A DNA stretch of 64,000 nt from NCBI GenBank assembly GCA_937961295.1, contig CALGOK010000014.1, forward strand, positions 10-64,009, read 5' to 3'. The notes under the pieces are model-generated. The model worked only from the letters and a program-made list of their open reading frames with translations, did not search any database and was not told the origin of the DNA. Position 1 is the stretch's first letter, and each line of letters opens with the position of its first letter. This DNA is from an uncultured Gemmatimonadota bacterium. Its GTDB lineage: Bacteria > Gemmatimonadota > Gemmatimonadetes > Gemmatimonadales > GWC2-71-9. Shown piece by piece: positions 1 through 8,556 of the stretch. The position numbers were made by a program, and so were the translations under genes.

Positions 1-46
1 ACCACCGAGATCTACACTCTTCCCCTACACGACGCTCTTCCGATCT
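1..46. other. Illumina TruSeq-type universal adapter remnant (non-biological) at contig end
   Basis: nt 1-46 = ACCACCGAGATCTACACTCTTCCCCTACACGACGCTCTTCCGATCT. This matches the 3' part of the universal adapter (..ACCACCGAGATCTACACTCTTTCCCTACACGACGCTCTTCCGATCT) with one T>C mismatch. Native high-G+C coding sequence begins at nt 47. Confidence 0.9.
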
Positions 47-1605
47 TGCGCGCTGGCGATGCCGCGATACACCGCGTCGGGCTCGAACTGCCGGCGCTCG
101 CCGGTGGCGCCGCGGAGTCGCGCGAGGTCGAACACCATCAGGCCGTGCTCGCCGGCGCCGTCGCCGGTCATGAACACGTGGTCGCGGTACACCTTGATGT
201 CGCGCGCGCCGCTGGGGTTGGCGGGCATCTCGCCCATGATCCGCGGCGCCGCGGCATCGGTGATGTCGACGAACACCAGCGCGCCGGTGCGGCCGAGGAG
301 CGCGTACTCGCGGCCGGTCTGGGGGTCGGTCCAGCCCCAGATGTCGCTCACCCGCTCGGCCGGCGTGCCGCCTAGCGTCTGGATCGAGAGGAACGCCTGC
401 AGGTCGACGTTGTCGCAGGCAAAGCCGTGCGCGGTGCCGCTGTCGCAGCGCAGCTCGCCGCTGGCGTGCGTCGCCGGGCCGGGATCCGGCGCGAGCTCAC
501 TCGGGTTGCCGAGCTCAGCGCCGCGCATCGGCCAGACCCACACGCGGCCGCGACCGCCCACGGCGTTGGGTGCGCCGACCGCGAGCGCGCGCGGACCGAT
601 CGCCAGCGCCGACCCGAAGGTGGTGCGATCGGCGCCGCCGGGCGGTGCCAGCTCGCCGGCGGCCACGAACGTCCCGCCCACCTGCTGGTACCGGAACACC
701 CGACCGCTGCGCGGCGCGCCGACCAGCAGCTCGCCACCGCGGAGCGCAATCGCGCTGCCGAACCCGGGCACGCTATCGGGAGCGACGCGCTGCCGCTCCA
801 CCCAGCCGTCGGCGCCGCGGGTGTAGAGCATCACTGCCATCGCACCAGGCGCACCGACCGCGAGCGTCGTCCCGTCGAACGCCAGCGCCCAGCCGAACGT
901 CGCGCGCGCGGCATCGTCGCCCATTGAGAGCGTGCCGACCTCGCGCCATGCATCGCCGATCGGGGCGATCACGCGCACCAGCCCGCTGCCGTTGTTCGCG
1001 AGCGGCACGGCAACGAATCCCGCCTCGTTCCCCAAGGCGACCGCGTTGCCGGTGCTCGGCATCGCCTCGAGTTCGAGCGGGATGCGGGTCCAGTCACGGC
1101 CGACGCTGCGGAAGAGGTGGGCGCGGTTGGCGTAGCCGATCAGCACTGCCTCGTCGGCGGCTGCCACCGCGCGCGGCTGCGGCTGCAGGATCGCCATCAC
1201 CGTGGCCATCGAGACCTGCGGACCGCCGTCGGGCGGCGGGGAGAGTTCGACGCCGGGATAGTCGCGATAGCTGCCGCCGTCGTGCAGCCAGGTGTGACCG
1301 CCCCAGCGACCGTAGGGATCGCCGGCGCCCACCAGCACGCCGTCGCTGGTGGTGGCGATCGACGGCGACAGCGCCAGGCCGCGCTCCACCGCGCCGGGGG
1401 CGCGGAGTTCGGTGCGCCGCTCCCAGCCGCCGGTCGTCTCCCGGAACACATGCACCGCCGCCGGCCCGCGCGCGGGGGCGCGCTTGACCACCAGCAGGTC
1501 GTTGCCGGCAAACGCCACGGCGGCGCCGAAGTAGTCCTGATCCTGGGCCACCAGCGGGGTGGCGACGGCGAGCGACGTTGCGACCAGCAACGCGAGGCGC
1601 GGCAT
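47..1605 (-). CDS. secreted FG-GAP-repeat plus choice-of-anchor-B/LVIVD-like beta-propeller protein, 3'-truncated by contig end
   Basis: ATG at 1605 gives the signal peptide MPRLALLVATSLAVATPLVAQ, in frame inside the composite 940-aa ORF 25..2847. It has repeated FGxA(L/I)AxxGxxLxVGAP motifs. The C-terminal DIWGWTDPQTGREYALLG..VFVDITD..VYRDHVF..GLMVFDL segment is paralogous to 1763..3568. The apparent stop at 25-27 lies inside adapter sequence. Confidence 0.75.
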
Positions 1606-1762
1606 CCGGATTCTCCTGTGCGGGGACACGAGACTATGGATACCCGATCCCGGACCGATCCGCGACCGTCGAGGTTTCAGCGAGGTGACCCCACCCCTCC
1701 CTTGCGGGTCCCTCGGGCAGATATCTTTGGGGCCTGTCCCGAACCATTCCCGGAGCCCTGAC

Positions 1763-3568
1763 TTGAAGCGAGCGACCCTGTCGGCAACCTTCGCGGTTGC
1801 CGCCCTCTTCACTGCGGCCTGCAGCAGCACCCCGCCAACGGGTGGCGGTGGCGGCGACGGCGAGGTCGCCAGCATCGCCATCGCGCCGACCACGCTGTCC
1901 TTCGACGCACTGGGCATCACCGCCTCGCTGGAGGCGACGCCCAAGGACGGCTCGGGCGCGACGGTCCCCGGGGCCGGGGCGATTTCGTGGGCGGTCAAGC
2001 GCACCGGCGTCATCACCGTGAGCCAGACCGGCACGGTCACCGCGATCGGCAACGGCAAGGACACGGTGGTCGCGCGGATCGGCAACGCGACCGGCGAGCT
2101 CGAGGTGGTGGTGCAGCAAGTCCCGGTCTCGCTCGAGCTGGGCAACGCACAGACCGTGTTCACGGTGCTCGGCGCCACCGCGCAGCTCACCGCCGAGCTG
2201 CGCGACCGCAACAACCGCCCGATCGTCGGCGCGGCCGGCAACGTGACGTGGAATTCCAGCAACCCCGGTGCGCTCGCCATCAACGCCACCGGCATGGTCA
2301 CGGCAGCCGGAGTCGGCAACGCCACCATCACTGCTGCAGCTGGCGGCCTGACGAAGAACGTCACCGCGGCGGTGTCAATCACCGGCCCGGTCGGCGGACC
2401 GATCACCGGCACGGCGACGCCGTGCGCCGGCGGCTTCGCCGGCCCGTTCCCCTGCAGCGGCGTCACCCTGCTCTCGTACCTGCCGCCCGGCGCGCTCGGC
2501 GTGGACAACTCCGTCGGCTTCAACGACATCTGGGGCTGGACCGATCCGCAGACCAACAAGGAATACGCCATCGTCGGCCGGCGCGACGGCGTGTCATTCG
2601 TCGACGTCACCGACCCGATCCGGCCGGTGTACCTGGGCCAGATGATCCGCACCGCGGGCTCGCCCAGCAGCACCTGGCGCGACATGAAGGTGTACCAGAA
2701 CCACGTGTTCGTGGTGGCCGACGGCGCCGGGGCGCACGGCATGCAGGTGTTCAACCTCACCCAGCTGCGCGGCGTGACCTCGCCGCGGACGTTCACGCCG
2801 CTCACCACGTACACCAACGTGAACAGCGTCCACAACATCGCCATCAACGAGCAGACCGGGTTCGCCTACCTGGTGGGCTCGTCGTCGGGCGGGACCACCT
2901 GCGGCGGCGGGCTGCACATGGTCAACATCCAGAACCCCGCCAATCCCACGTTCGCGGGATGCTTCAGCGACCCGCTCACCGGGCGCTCGGGCACCGGCTA
3001 CACCCACGACGTGCAGTGCGTGATCTACAGCGGGCCCGACGCGGCGCACACCGGCAAGGAGATCTGCTTCGGGTCGAACGAGACGCACCTGAGCATCGCC
3101 AACGTGACCAGCAAGGGCGCCCCGGTGGCGATTGCGCGGGCCACCTACCCGGCGGTGCGCTACACCCACCAGGGGTGGCTCACCCAGGACCAGCGCTACT
3201 TCCTGATCAACGACGAGCTCGACGAGACCAACGGCGTCGCGGCCACCACCCGCACGCTGGTGTGGGACGTGAGCGACCTCGACGACCCGATCCTGGTCAA
3301 GCAGTTCTTCGGCCCCACGCCGGCGAGCGACCACAACAACTACATCGTCGGCACCCGGATGTGGGCGTCGAACTACCAGTACGGCGTGCGGGTGGTCGAC
3401 GTGAGCAACCCCGTCGACCCGTTCCAGATCGGCTTCCTCGACACCGCGCCGCAGTTCGCCAACGTGCCCGGCTTCAACGGGTCGTGGAGCAACTACCCGT
3501 TCTTCGCCAGCGGCAACGTGATCGTGAGCAGCATCGGCGAGGGGATGTTCATCGTCCGGATGCCGTAG
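1763..3568 (+). CDS. lipoprotein with Ig-like (Big_2-type) repeats and a choice-of-anchor-B/LVIVD-like beta-propeller domain
   Basis: TTG at 1763 (in frame with ORF 1559..3568) gives LKRATLSATFAVAALFTAAC|SS, a lipobox. Two or three repeats of the type ITVSQTGTVTAIGNGKDTVVA / AINATGMVTAAGVGNATITA follow. The C-terminal half carries NDIWGWTDPQTNKEYAIVG, VSFVDVTDP and MQVFNL motifs. Confidence 0.75.
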   Translation: MKRATLSATFAVAALFTAACSSTPPTGGGGGDGEVASIAIAPTTLSFDALGITASLEATPKDGSGATVPGAGAISWAVKRTGVITVSQTGTVTAIGNGKDTVVARIGNATGELEVVVQQVPVSLELGNAQTVFTVLGATAQLTAELRDRNNRPIVGAAGNVTWNSSNPGALAINATGMVTAAGVGNATITAAAGGLTKNVTAAVSITGPVGGPITGTATPCAGGFAGPFPCSGVTLLSYLPPGALGVDNSVGFNDIWGWTDPQTNKEYAIVGRRDGVSFVDVTDPIRPVYLGQMIRTAGSPSSTWRDMKVYQNHVFVVADGAGAHGMQVFNLTQLRGVTSPRTFTPLTTYTNVNSVHNIAINEQTGFAYLVGSSSGGTTCGGGLHMVNIQNPANPTFAGCFSDPLTGRSGTGYTHDVQCVIYSGPDAAHTGKEICFGSNETHLSIANVTSKGAPVAIARATYPAVRYTHQGWLTQDQRYFLINDELDETNGVAATTRTLVWDVSDLDDPILVKQFFGPTPASDHNNYIVGTRMWASNYQYGVRVVDVSNPVDPFQIGFLDTAPQFANVPGFNGSWSNYPFFASGNVIVSSIGEGMFIVRMP

Positions 3569-3662
3569 GCGCGACAGCGCGAGGGGCGAAGGGCGAGGAG
3601 CTGTCACCCCGAGTCCGCGCGCAGCGCGGGCGAGGGGGCGGAACCCAAGGAATGCACCGCCG

Positions 3663-3690
3663 AGGCCGGCTCCTTTGCAGGGGCCGGCCT
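3663..3690 (+). terminator. stem-loop terminator candidate downstream of 1763..3568
   Basis: AGGCCGGCTCC-TTTGCA-GGGGCCGGCCT forms an 11-bp stem (one G-T pair) followed by TGTCGT. The U-tract is weak. Confidence 0.45.
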
Positions 3691-3730
3691 TGTCGTCCGC
3701 CGTCGCCGGTCCCGCCTGCCGCCCGGGCCG

Positions 3731-3753
3731 GCCGACCCATGGGTCGGCCCTAC
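3731..3753. repeat. REP-like 23-nt palindrome with CTAC tail (family A)
   Basis: GCCGACCCATGGGTCGGCCCTAC. Identical copies lie at 27023 and 27677, and variants at 3815 and 27180. Confidence 0.7.
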
Positions 3754-3814
3754 GGTTACCCGTTAGTCTTCACTCCCTCGCTGCGCTCGGGACAAGCCTT
3801 CACCATTCACCGCC

Positions 3815-3837
3815 GGCGACCCATGGGTCGCCCCTAT
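3815..3837. repeat. REP-like palindrome, diverged copy (family A)
   Basis: GGCGACCCATGGGTCGCCCCTAT, in the same orientation as 3731, 13 nt upstream of the peptidase start. Confidence 0.55.
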
Positions 3838-3850
3838 ACCGGACACCGCC

Positions 3851-5671
3851 ATGCGCCGCCTCCTCGCCCCCCTCCTCTTCGCCCTCCCCCTGGCCGCGCA
3901 GGGGCCCAGCAAGGCCGCCCCCGTCTTCGCCGACGGCCAGGCCCAGATCGTCCCGGCGTTCGCCGACACCGCGACCTGGATCCGTGAGCGGCTCTGGGTC
4001 GAGACGTCGTTCGACACCGACGGCGACGGCCGGCTCGATCGCGTCCACGTGGACGTCACCCGCCCCGGCCCCACCGCGAGCGAGGGACTCAAGGTGCCGG
4101 TGATCTACGAGACGAGCCCCTACTACGCCGGCACCTCGGGCGAGCGGCAGTACCTCTGGGACGTGCACCAGGAAGTCGGCGGCCCGCCGCCGCCGCGCAC
4201 GTCGCAGCCCGAGATCGCCTACCAGAGCGAGCGCAAGTGGATCAGCAACACCCACGTGAACACCTGGGTGCCGCGCGGCTTCGCCGTGGTCCACTCGGAG
4301 TCCCCCGGCACCGGCCTCTCGCAGGGATGCCCCACCGTGGGCGGCCCCAACGAGGAGCTCGCCCCCAAGGCGGTGATCGACTGGCTCAACGGCCGCGCCC
4401 GCGGCTTCACGGCGCCGGTGGGCGGCGACGAGGTGCGCGCCACGTGGACCACGGGCAAGGTGGGAATGACCGGCACGTCGTACAACGGCACCCTGCCCGT
4501 CGCCGCGGCGATCACCGGCGTGGAGGGACTCGAGGCGATCATCCCGATCGCGCCCAACACCTCCTACTACAACTACTACCGCTCCTACGGACTGATCCGG
4601 CACCCCGACGGCTGGCTCGGCGAGGACATCGACTTCCTCTACGACTTCATCAACAGCGGCGATCCCAGCAAGCGCGAATACTGCAACCGCACCGTGCGCG
4701 ACGGCGAGATGGCGGCCAAGGATCGCGTGACCGGCGACTGGAACGACTTCTGGGCCGCGCGCGACTACTGGCCCCGCATCGACAACATCAAGGCCGCTAC
4801 GCTCATGGCGCACGCGTTCAACGACTGGAACGTGATGCCGATCCACAGTGTGCACGTGGCCAAGCGGCTGCAGGAAAACGGCGTCCCGGTGCAGATGTAC
4901 TTCCACCAGGGCGGCCACGGCGGCCCGCCGCCGCTCGAGCTGATGAACCGCTGGTTCACCCGCTACCTCTACGACGTGCAGAACGGCGTCGAGAACGACC
5001 CCAAGGCGTGGATCGTCCGCGAGGGCGACGCGCGCGACAAGCCCACGCCGTACGCCAACTACCCGCTCCCCACCTCCGCCGGCGTGACGCTGCATCCCAC
5101 CGGCGGCGGCAACGGCGTGGGCGGCCTCGCGATGGGCGCCCCGGCCACCCCGCCGATCGAGACGCTGACCGACCTGGTCGACTCGAGCAGCGTGGCGCTG
5201 GCGCGGATGGCAGAGTCGGAGCACCGGCTGGTGTACGCCACGCCCGAGCTCACCCAGCCGCTCCACATCAGCGGCACCCCGCGGGTGACCGTGCGCGTGG
5301 CGGTCAACAAGCCCGCCGCCAACCTGTCGGTGTACCTGGTGGCGATTCCCTACGACGAGCCGCAGCGCCGCCAGCCCGACTTCTCGATGATCACCCGCGG
5401 CTGGGCCGACCTGCAGAACCGCAACTCGCTGGAGAAGAGTGAGCCGCTGGTGCCGGGCGAGTTCTACGAGATGACCTTCGACCTGCAGCCCGACGACCAG
5501 GTGATCCCGGCCGGCAAGCGGCTGGCGCTGATGGTGTTCTCGAGCGACCGGGGCTTCACCCTCTGGCCCGCCCCGGGCACCGAGCTGCAGGTGGACCTCG
5601 CGGGGACGTCGATCACCATCCCGGTGGTGGGCGGCGCGGCGGCATTCGCGGCGGCGACGACGACGCCCTGA
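3851..5671 (+). CDS. Xaa-Pro dipeptidyl-peptidase / peptidase S15 family, secreted
   Basis: 606-aa ORF. Signal peptide MRRLLAPLLFALPLAAQG. N-terminal DTDGDGRLDRVHVDVTRP and YETSPYY motifs. Nucleophile elbow GMTGTSYNG. Length and layout fit PepX-type S15 enzymes. Confidence 0.8.
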   Translation: MRRLLAPLLFALPLAAQGPSKAAPVFADGQAQIVPAFADTATWIRERLWVETSFDTDGDGRLDRVHVDVTRPGPTASEGLKVPVIYETSPYYAGTSGERQYLWDVHQEVGGPPPPRTSQPEIAYQSERKWISNTHVNTWVPRGFAVVHSESPGTGLSQGCPTVGGPNEELAPKAVIDWLNGRARGFTAPVGGDEVRATWTTGKVGMTGTSYNGTLPVAAAITGVEGLEAIIPIAPNTSYYNYYRSYGLIRHPDGWLGEDIDFLYDFINSGDPSKREYCNRTVRDGEMAAKDRVTGDWNDFWAARDYWPRIDNIKAATLMAHAFNDWNVMPIHSVHVAKRLQENGVPVQMYFHQGGHGGPPPLELMNRWFTRYLYDVQNGVENDPKAWIVREGDARDKPTPYANYPLPTSAGVTLHPTGGGNGVGGLAMGAPATPPIETLTDLVDSSSVALARMAESEHRLVYATPELTQPLHISGTPRVTVRVAVNKPAANLSVYLVAIPYDEPQRRQPDFSMITRGWADLQNRNSLEKSEPLVPGEFYEMTFDLQPDDQVIPAGKRLALMVFSSDRGFTLWPAPGTELQVDLAGTSITIPVVGGAAAFAAATTTP

Positions 5672-5676
5672 CTGAC

Positions 5677-5747
5677 GCGACATCGCGAGGGGCGAGGAGC
5701 GGGAGCGGGCGGTTTCGCCCCTCGCCCCTCGCCCTTCGCCTTGTCGC
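5677..5747. repeat. G-tract heptad hairpin (GCGACA..GGGGCGA family) between convergent genes
   Basis: Left arm GCGACATCGCGAGGGGCGAGG. Right arm CCTCGCCCCTCGCCCTTCGCCTTGTCGC. It sits between the stops at 5671 (+) and 5753 (-). Confidence 0.6.
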
Positions 5748-5752
5748 AGCAG

Positions 5753-6277
5753 TCAGTCCACGTACGGCACCCATCGCAGCAGGCGCACCGTATCCCGCAG
5801 CACCGCCAGCTCCACGTAGCTCTCCGCCTCGTGCGTGGGGTGGCGCCAGGTGGCGATGGTGCTGTCGCCGCGCGCCTCCTCCGCTTCCGGCGGGCCGAGC
5901 CGCGTGCGGGCGACTTCGCCGGTGGTGGTGCCGATGGTGATCCCGCCCGGGAAGGTCACCGTGGGGTCGGTGGTCTCCGCGCCCAGCAGCAGCACGTTGC
6001 CCGATGCGCCGAGGGCGAGGAACTCGTGCCGCCAGCGGGGATGCACCATGGTGATGGCGGTGTCGGTACCGTAGCCGTGGCGGTTGGGCACCGTGTTGCG
6101 GTCGACGCGGAGCGGTTCGCCGAGGGAGCGCCGTACCGCCGCGGGAGTGTCGCCGTGCATCCCGATCCGGTCGTAGAGTGCCGCCACCGCGTCGCTGCCG
6201 GTGCGGCCCGAATAGCCGCCGCTCGCCCCGGCGCACGCGGTGGTGGCGAGCAGGCCGACGATGATCGCGCGCCTCAT
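5753..6277 (-). CDS. hypothetical lipoprotein
   Basis: ATG at 6277 (in frame with ORF 5753..6685) gives MRRAIIVGLLATTAC|AG, a lipobox. Its start overlaps the upstream stop as ATGA (6274-6277). Confidence 0.6.
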   Translation of the reverse strand: MRRAIIVGLLATTACAGASGGYSGRTGSDAVAALYDRIGMHGDTPAAVRRSLGEPLRVDRNTVPNRHGYGTDTAITMVHPRWRHEFLALGASGNVLLLGAETTDPTVTFPGGITIGTTTGEVARTRLGPPEAEEARGDSTIATWRHPTHEAESYVELAVLRDTVRLLRWVPYVD

Positions 6278-6609
6278 CGCGTCTCCGGGGTGATGACCAT
6301 GAAGCGAATCCGGCGCCGGTGCCGCGCGATGAGGTAGTCCACCAGGTCGCCGATGATCAGGTGCTGCCGACTCTTGCCGCGGGTGATCACGCGGCAGAGC
6401 AGCAGCCGCGCGTCGCCGTCCCACTCGACGTTCACGGCACCGGGCCGGTCGGGGGCGGTGCTGCGCAGCTTGAGCCAGCCGGGATAGCGGCCGGGCTTGT
6501 GGGCCCACACCACCTCGAGCGCGTGGCGCTTCTCGCGCTGGGGGTCGTTCTCGATCGCGTCGCGCAGCGACGCGCCGCGGGTGCAGTGGACGGTGATCAG
6601 GGTCTGCAT
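6274..6609 (-). CDS. hypothetical protein (111 aa), family not recognised
   Basis: ORF with sensible composition and G/C-rich third positions. It is ATGA-coupled to the downstream lipoprotein gene. Confidence 0.5.
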   Translation of the reverse strand: MQTLITVHCTRGASLRDAIENDPQREKRHALEVVWAHKPGRYPGWLKLRSTAPDRPGAVNVEWDGDARLLLCRVITRGKSRQHLIIGDLVDYLIARHRRRIRFMVITPETR

Positions 6610-6680
6610 GGTGCCCCGGGGTTGAGGACGCGCAGTCGTACCCGACGCACGGAAGGATGTGCCCGGTCGGCAGGCAGAAT

Positions 6681-6810
6681 GTCACGGGGGACGGGGGACG
6701 GGCGACGCGTAACGGGGGACAGGGGCCCGCTCGGACGCTGGCTCGTGCAGTCCCCGTCCCCCGTCACCCGTCCCCTGTCACCTGTTTCCCGTCCCCCGTC
6801 CCTCGTCACC
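6681..6810. repeat. inverted array of ACGGGGG heptads (G-tract hairpin, second family)
   Basis: Left arm GTCACGGGGGACGGGGGACGGGCGACGCGTAACGGGGGACAGGGG. Right arm TCCCCGTCCCCCGTCACCCGTCCCCTGTCACCTGTTTCCCGTCCCCCGTCCCTCGTCAC. Confidence 0.65.
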
Positions 6811-6814
6811 GTCT

Positions 6815-7243
6815 TCAGAGATCTCTGCGGTAATGAATCGCCCGCTCCACCTCCTCGAAGCCGAGGCCCAGGTGGGCGCGCTGCGAGCCGAGGTTGTCGA
6901 GCAGGACGTCGGAGGCCATCTCGGTGTAGCCCTGGGCGCGGGCCCAGTCGAATGCGGCCTCCACCAGCGCCGACCCGACACCGCGGTCGCGCGCATCGGC
7001 GTCGACATACCACCCCTCGAGGTAGGCCACCGGCGAAGTCAGGCAGCCGTCGGCATACCGCCGCGCCCCCACCTCGGCGAAGCCGCACAATCCCCCGCCG
7101 TCGCGCTCGGCCACCAGCACCACCGCGTCAGCGCGCGACAGCCAGTCGTCCATGTCGGCCTCGACCTGGTCGGGCCAGAACGTGGTGCGCATCCGGCCCC
7201 ACTCGGCGCGGTCGGAAGCAGTGTAGATGCGGATGGTGTGCAT
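6815..7243 (-). CDS. GNAT N-acetyltransferase, AAC(6')-I-like (aminoglycoside 6'-N-acetyltransferase family)
   Basis: ATG at 7243 gives MHTIRIYTASDRAEW. Motifs LWP-like FWPD, SPVAYLEGWYVDADARDRGVGSALV (acetyl-CoA loop), EMASD and N..S...H..LGF. The layout matches AAC(6')-I enzymes. Confidence 0.75.
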   Translation of the reverse strand: MHTIRIYTASDRAEWGRMRTTFWPDQVEADMDDWLSRADAVVLVAERDGGGLCGFAEVGARRYADGCLTSPVAYLEGWYVDADARDRGVGSALVEAAFDWARAQGYTEMASDVLLDNLGSQRAHLGLGFEEVERAIHYRRDL

Positions 7244-7261
7244 CGGAGCTTGGTGAACGGT

Positions 7262-7308
7262 GATGGGTGAAGGGTAAAGGGGACTGCCCCCTTCACCCTT
7301 CACCCATC
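7262..7308. repeat. near-perfect 47-nt palindrome of GAAGGGT heptads
   Basis: GATGGGTGAAGGGTAAAGGGG-ACTG-CCCCCTTCACCCTTCACCCATC. It overlaps the stop of the 7293..8555 gene. Confidence 0.65.
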
Positions 7309-8555
7309 ATCTCCACCGATGCGACGACGAGCTCGCCAGTATCGACCTCGTATATGCCATACACCTTGCTCCCCTCGGCCTCCCACGGCGTCAAGCCGCT
7401 CGGGAGGATCAGCTCCCAGAGCAGCCGGCCGTCGCGGTCGAACACGTCCCAGTGGCGGTGCGCCGGGCGGCGGCTGGGGGTGAAGCGGATCAGGATCGGG
7501 TGGATGTCGGCGGTGGTCGAGTCGACCACGTGCACCCAGAGCCGGTTGTCGCGATCGAAGTTGAGCGCCGTGAGCGAGTTGCGGCGGTCGCCCACCTCCA
7601 CCAGCTCGAGCACCTCGCGGAGCGGTCCCAGCACCGCCTCGGGGACACCCGACTCGGCGTACACCGCCTGCCAGTCGGGATTGCGCACCGCGTCGGTGAC
7701 CGGCACACGATCCCAGTCGCGGCAGAACCGCTTCGGTCGCACGTCGCCGCTGATGGCGATGCAGTATTCCACGCCGTCGGCGAGCGCGGCCCGGCCGTCC
7801 GGCGCCATCGCGATGATCGGCGTGGGACCGAAGAGTGACGCGAGCGAGGCCGTCATCGACGCGCCGAACACGTACGGCTGGCCGATGACCCGGCCGCGTT
7901 CCGACGGCAGCGCGCCGTTGAGCGGGTGGCTCACGATCCCGGCGAAGTTGGGTTCGCCTCGGGTGCTCACGCCGGAGCCCCACGCCAGCTGGGCGATCTG
8001 GTCCACCAGGGCGATCCGTCCCGGCATCATCGAAGGCAGGTCGGGGTCAAGCAGCATCGTCCCCGATTCGAGCATCGCGCCGTTGGTGTCGAACCGGGCC
8101 CAGTGCCTGTGCTGCCGGTCGACGGCGAAGATGACGCTGTCGGTGCTCCCCATCGCGCCGATCTGCACGAACTCGCCCGGCCCCTCGCCTTCGCGGCCGA
8201 GTGTGGCGATCGGGGTGCCGTCGGTGGAGATCAGGTGAATGCGGGTGCGGTCGGCGATGGCGATCCGGTTGCCGGCGAGCACCAGCTGGGTGGGGCGCTC
8301 GAGCGACTCGCTCTGCCAGAGCACCGTCACCGAGTCGATCACCTGCCGGCCGCCCACGCTGCCAGCGTGCGTGGTGACCACCGTGGTATCGCCGGCGGAG
8401 GTGGTGGTGCTCCGCCAGGCGCCCGACGCGGCATCGCCCGAGGAGCAGGCGGCGAGGGCCAGCAATGCAATCGCGCAGGCGCGTCCCTTGGGACGCGCGG
8501 TGCCGGCATCGCGCACCCCGGGGGGTGCGCCCGCGGGTATCCATCCCATCACCAC
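7293..8555 (-). CDS. 6-bladed beta-propeller lipoprotein (TolB/NHL-like fold family)
   Basis: Lipobox IALLALAAC|SS. Motif GREGEGPGEF. Paralogous to 22215..23390 (GRRGEGPGDL). GTG at 8555, or ATG at 8549. Confidence 0.65.
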   Translation of the reverse strand: MVMGWIPAGAPPGVRDAGTARPKGRACAIALLALAACSSGDAASGAWRSTTTSAGDTTVVTTHAGSVGGRQVIDSVTVLWQSESLERPTQLVLAGNRIAIADRTRIHLISTDGTPIATLGREGEGPGEFVQIGAMGSTDSVIFAVDRQHRHWARFDTNGAMLESGTMLLDPDLPSMMPGRIALVDQIAQLAWGSGVSTRGEPNFAGIVSHPLNGALPSERGRVIGQPYVFGASMTASLASLFGPTPIIAMAPDGRAALADGVEYCIAISGDVRPKRFCRDWDRVPVTDAVRNPDWQAVYAESGVPEAVLGPLREVLELVEVGDRRNSLTALNFDRDNRLWVHVVDSTTADIHPILIRFTPSRRPAHRHWDVFDRDGRLLWELILPSGLTPWEAEGSKVYGIYEVDTGELVVASVEMMGEG

Positions 8556-8556
8556 G

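Noticed and set aside
25-2847. 940-aa ORF on the minus strand, the longest ORF at the left end.
   Set aside because: It is a composite. Upstream of the ATG at 1605 the translation is Pro/Ala/Thr/Val-rich antisense of the real plus-strand gene 1763..3568, and its last codons and stop are adapter-derived. Only 47..1605 is supported.
3800-5683. Long antisense or overlapping ORFs, for example 3800..5683(-), 17497..19530(+), 36036..38501(+), 40599..42404(+), 45290..46753(+), 55491..57902(+) and many Arg/Ala/Pro/Gly-rich ORFs throughout.
   Set aside because: These are typical shadow ORFs of high-G+C DNA. They have extreme R/A/P/G composition and no recognisable motifs, and each overlaps a gene with clear family signatures on the other strand or frame.
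6681-6810. The tandem heptad arrays looked superficially like a degenerate CRISPR or minisatellite.
   Set aside because: The units are 7 nt with no spacers of unique sequence. The two halves are inverted copies forming a hairpin. No cas genes are present.
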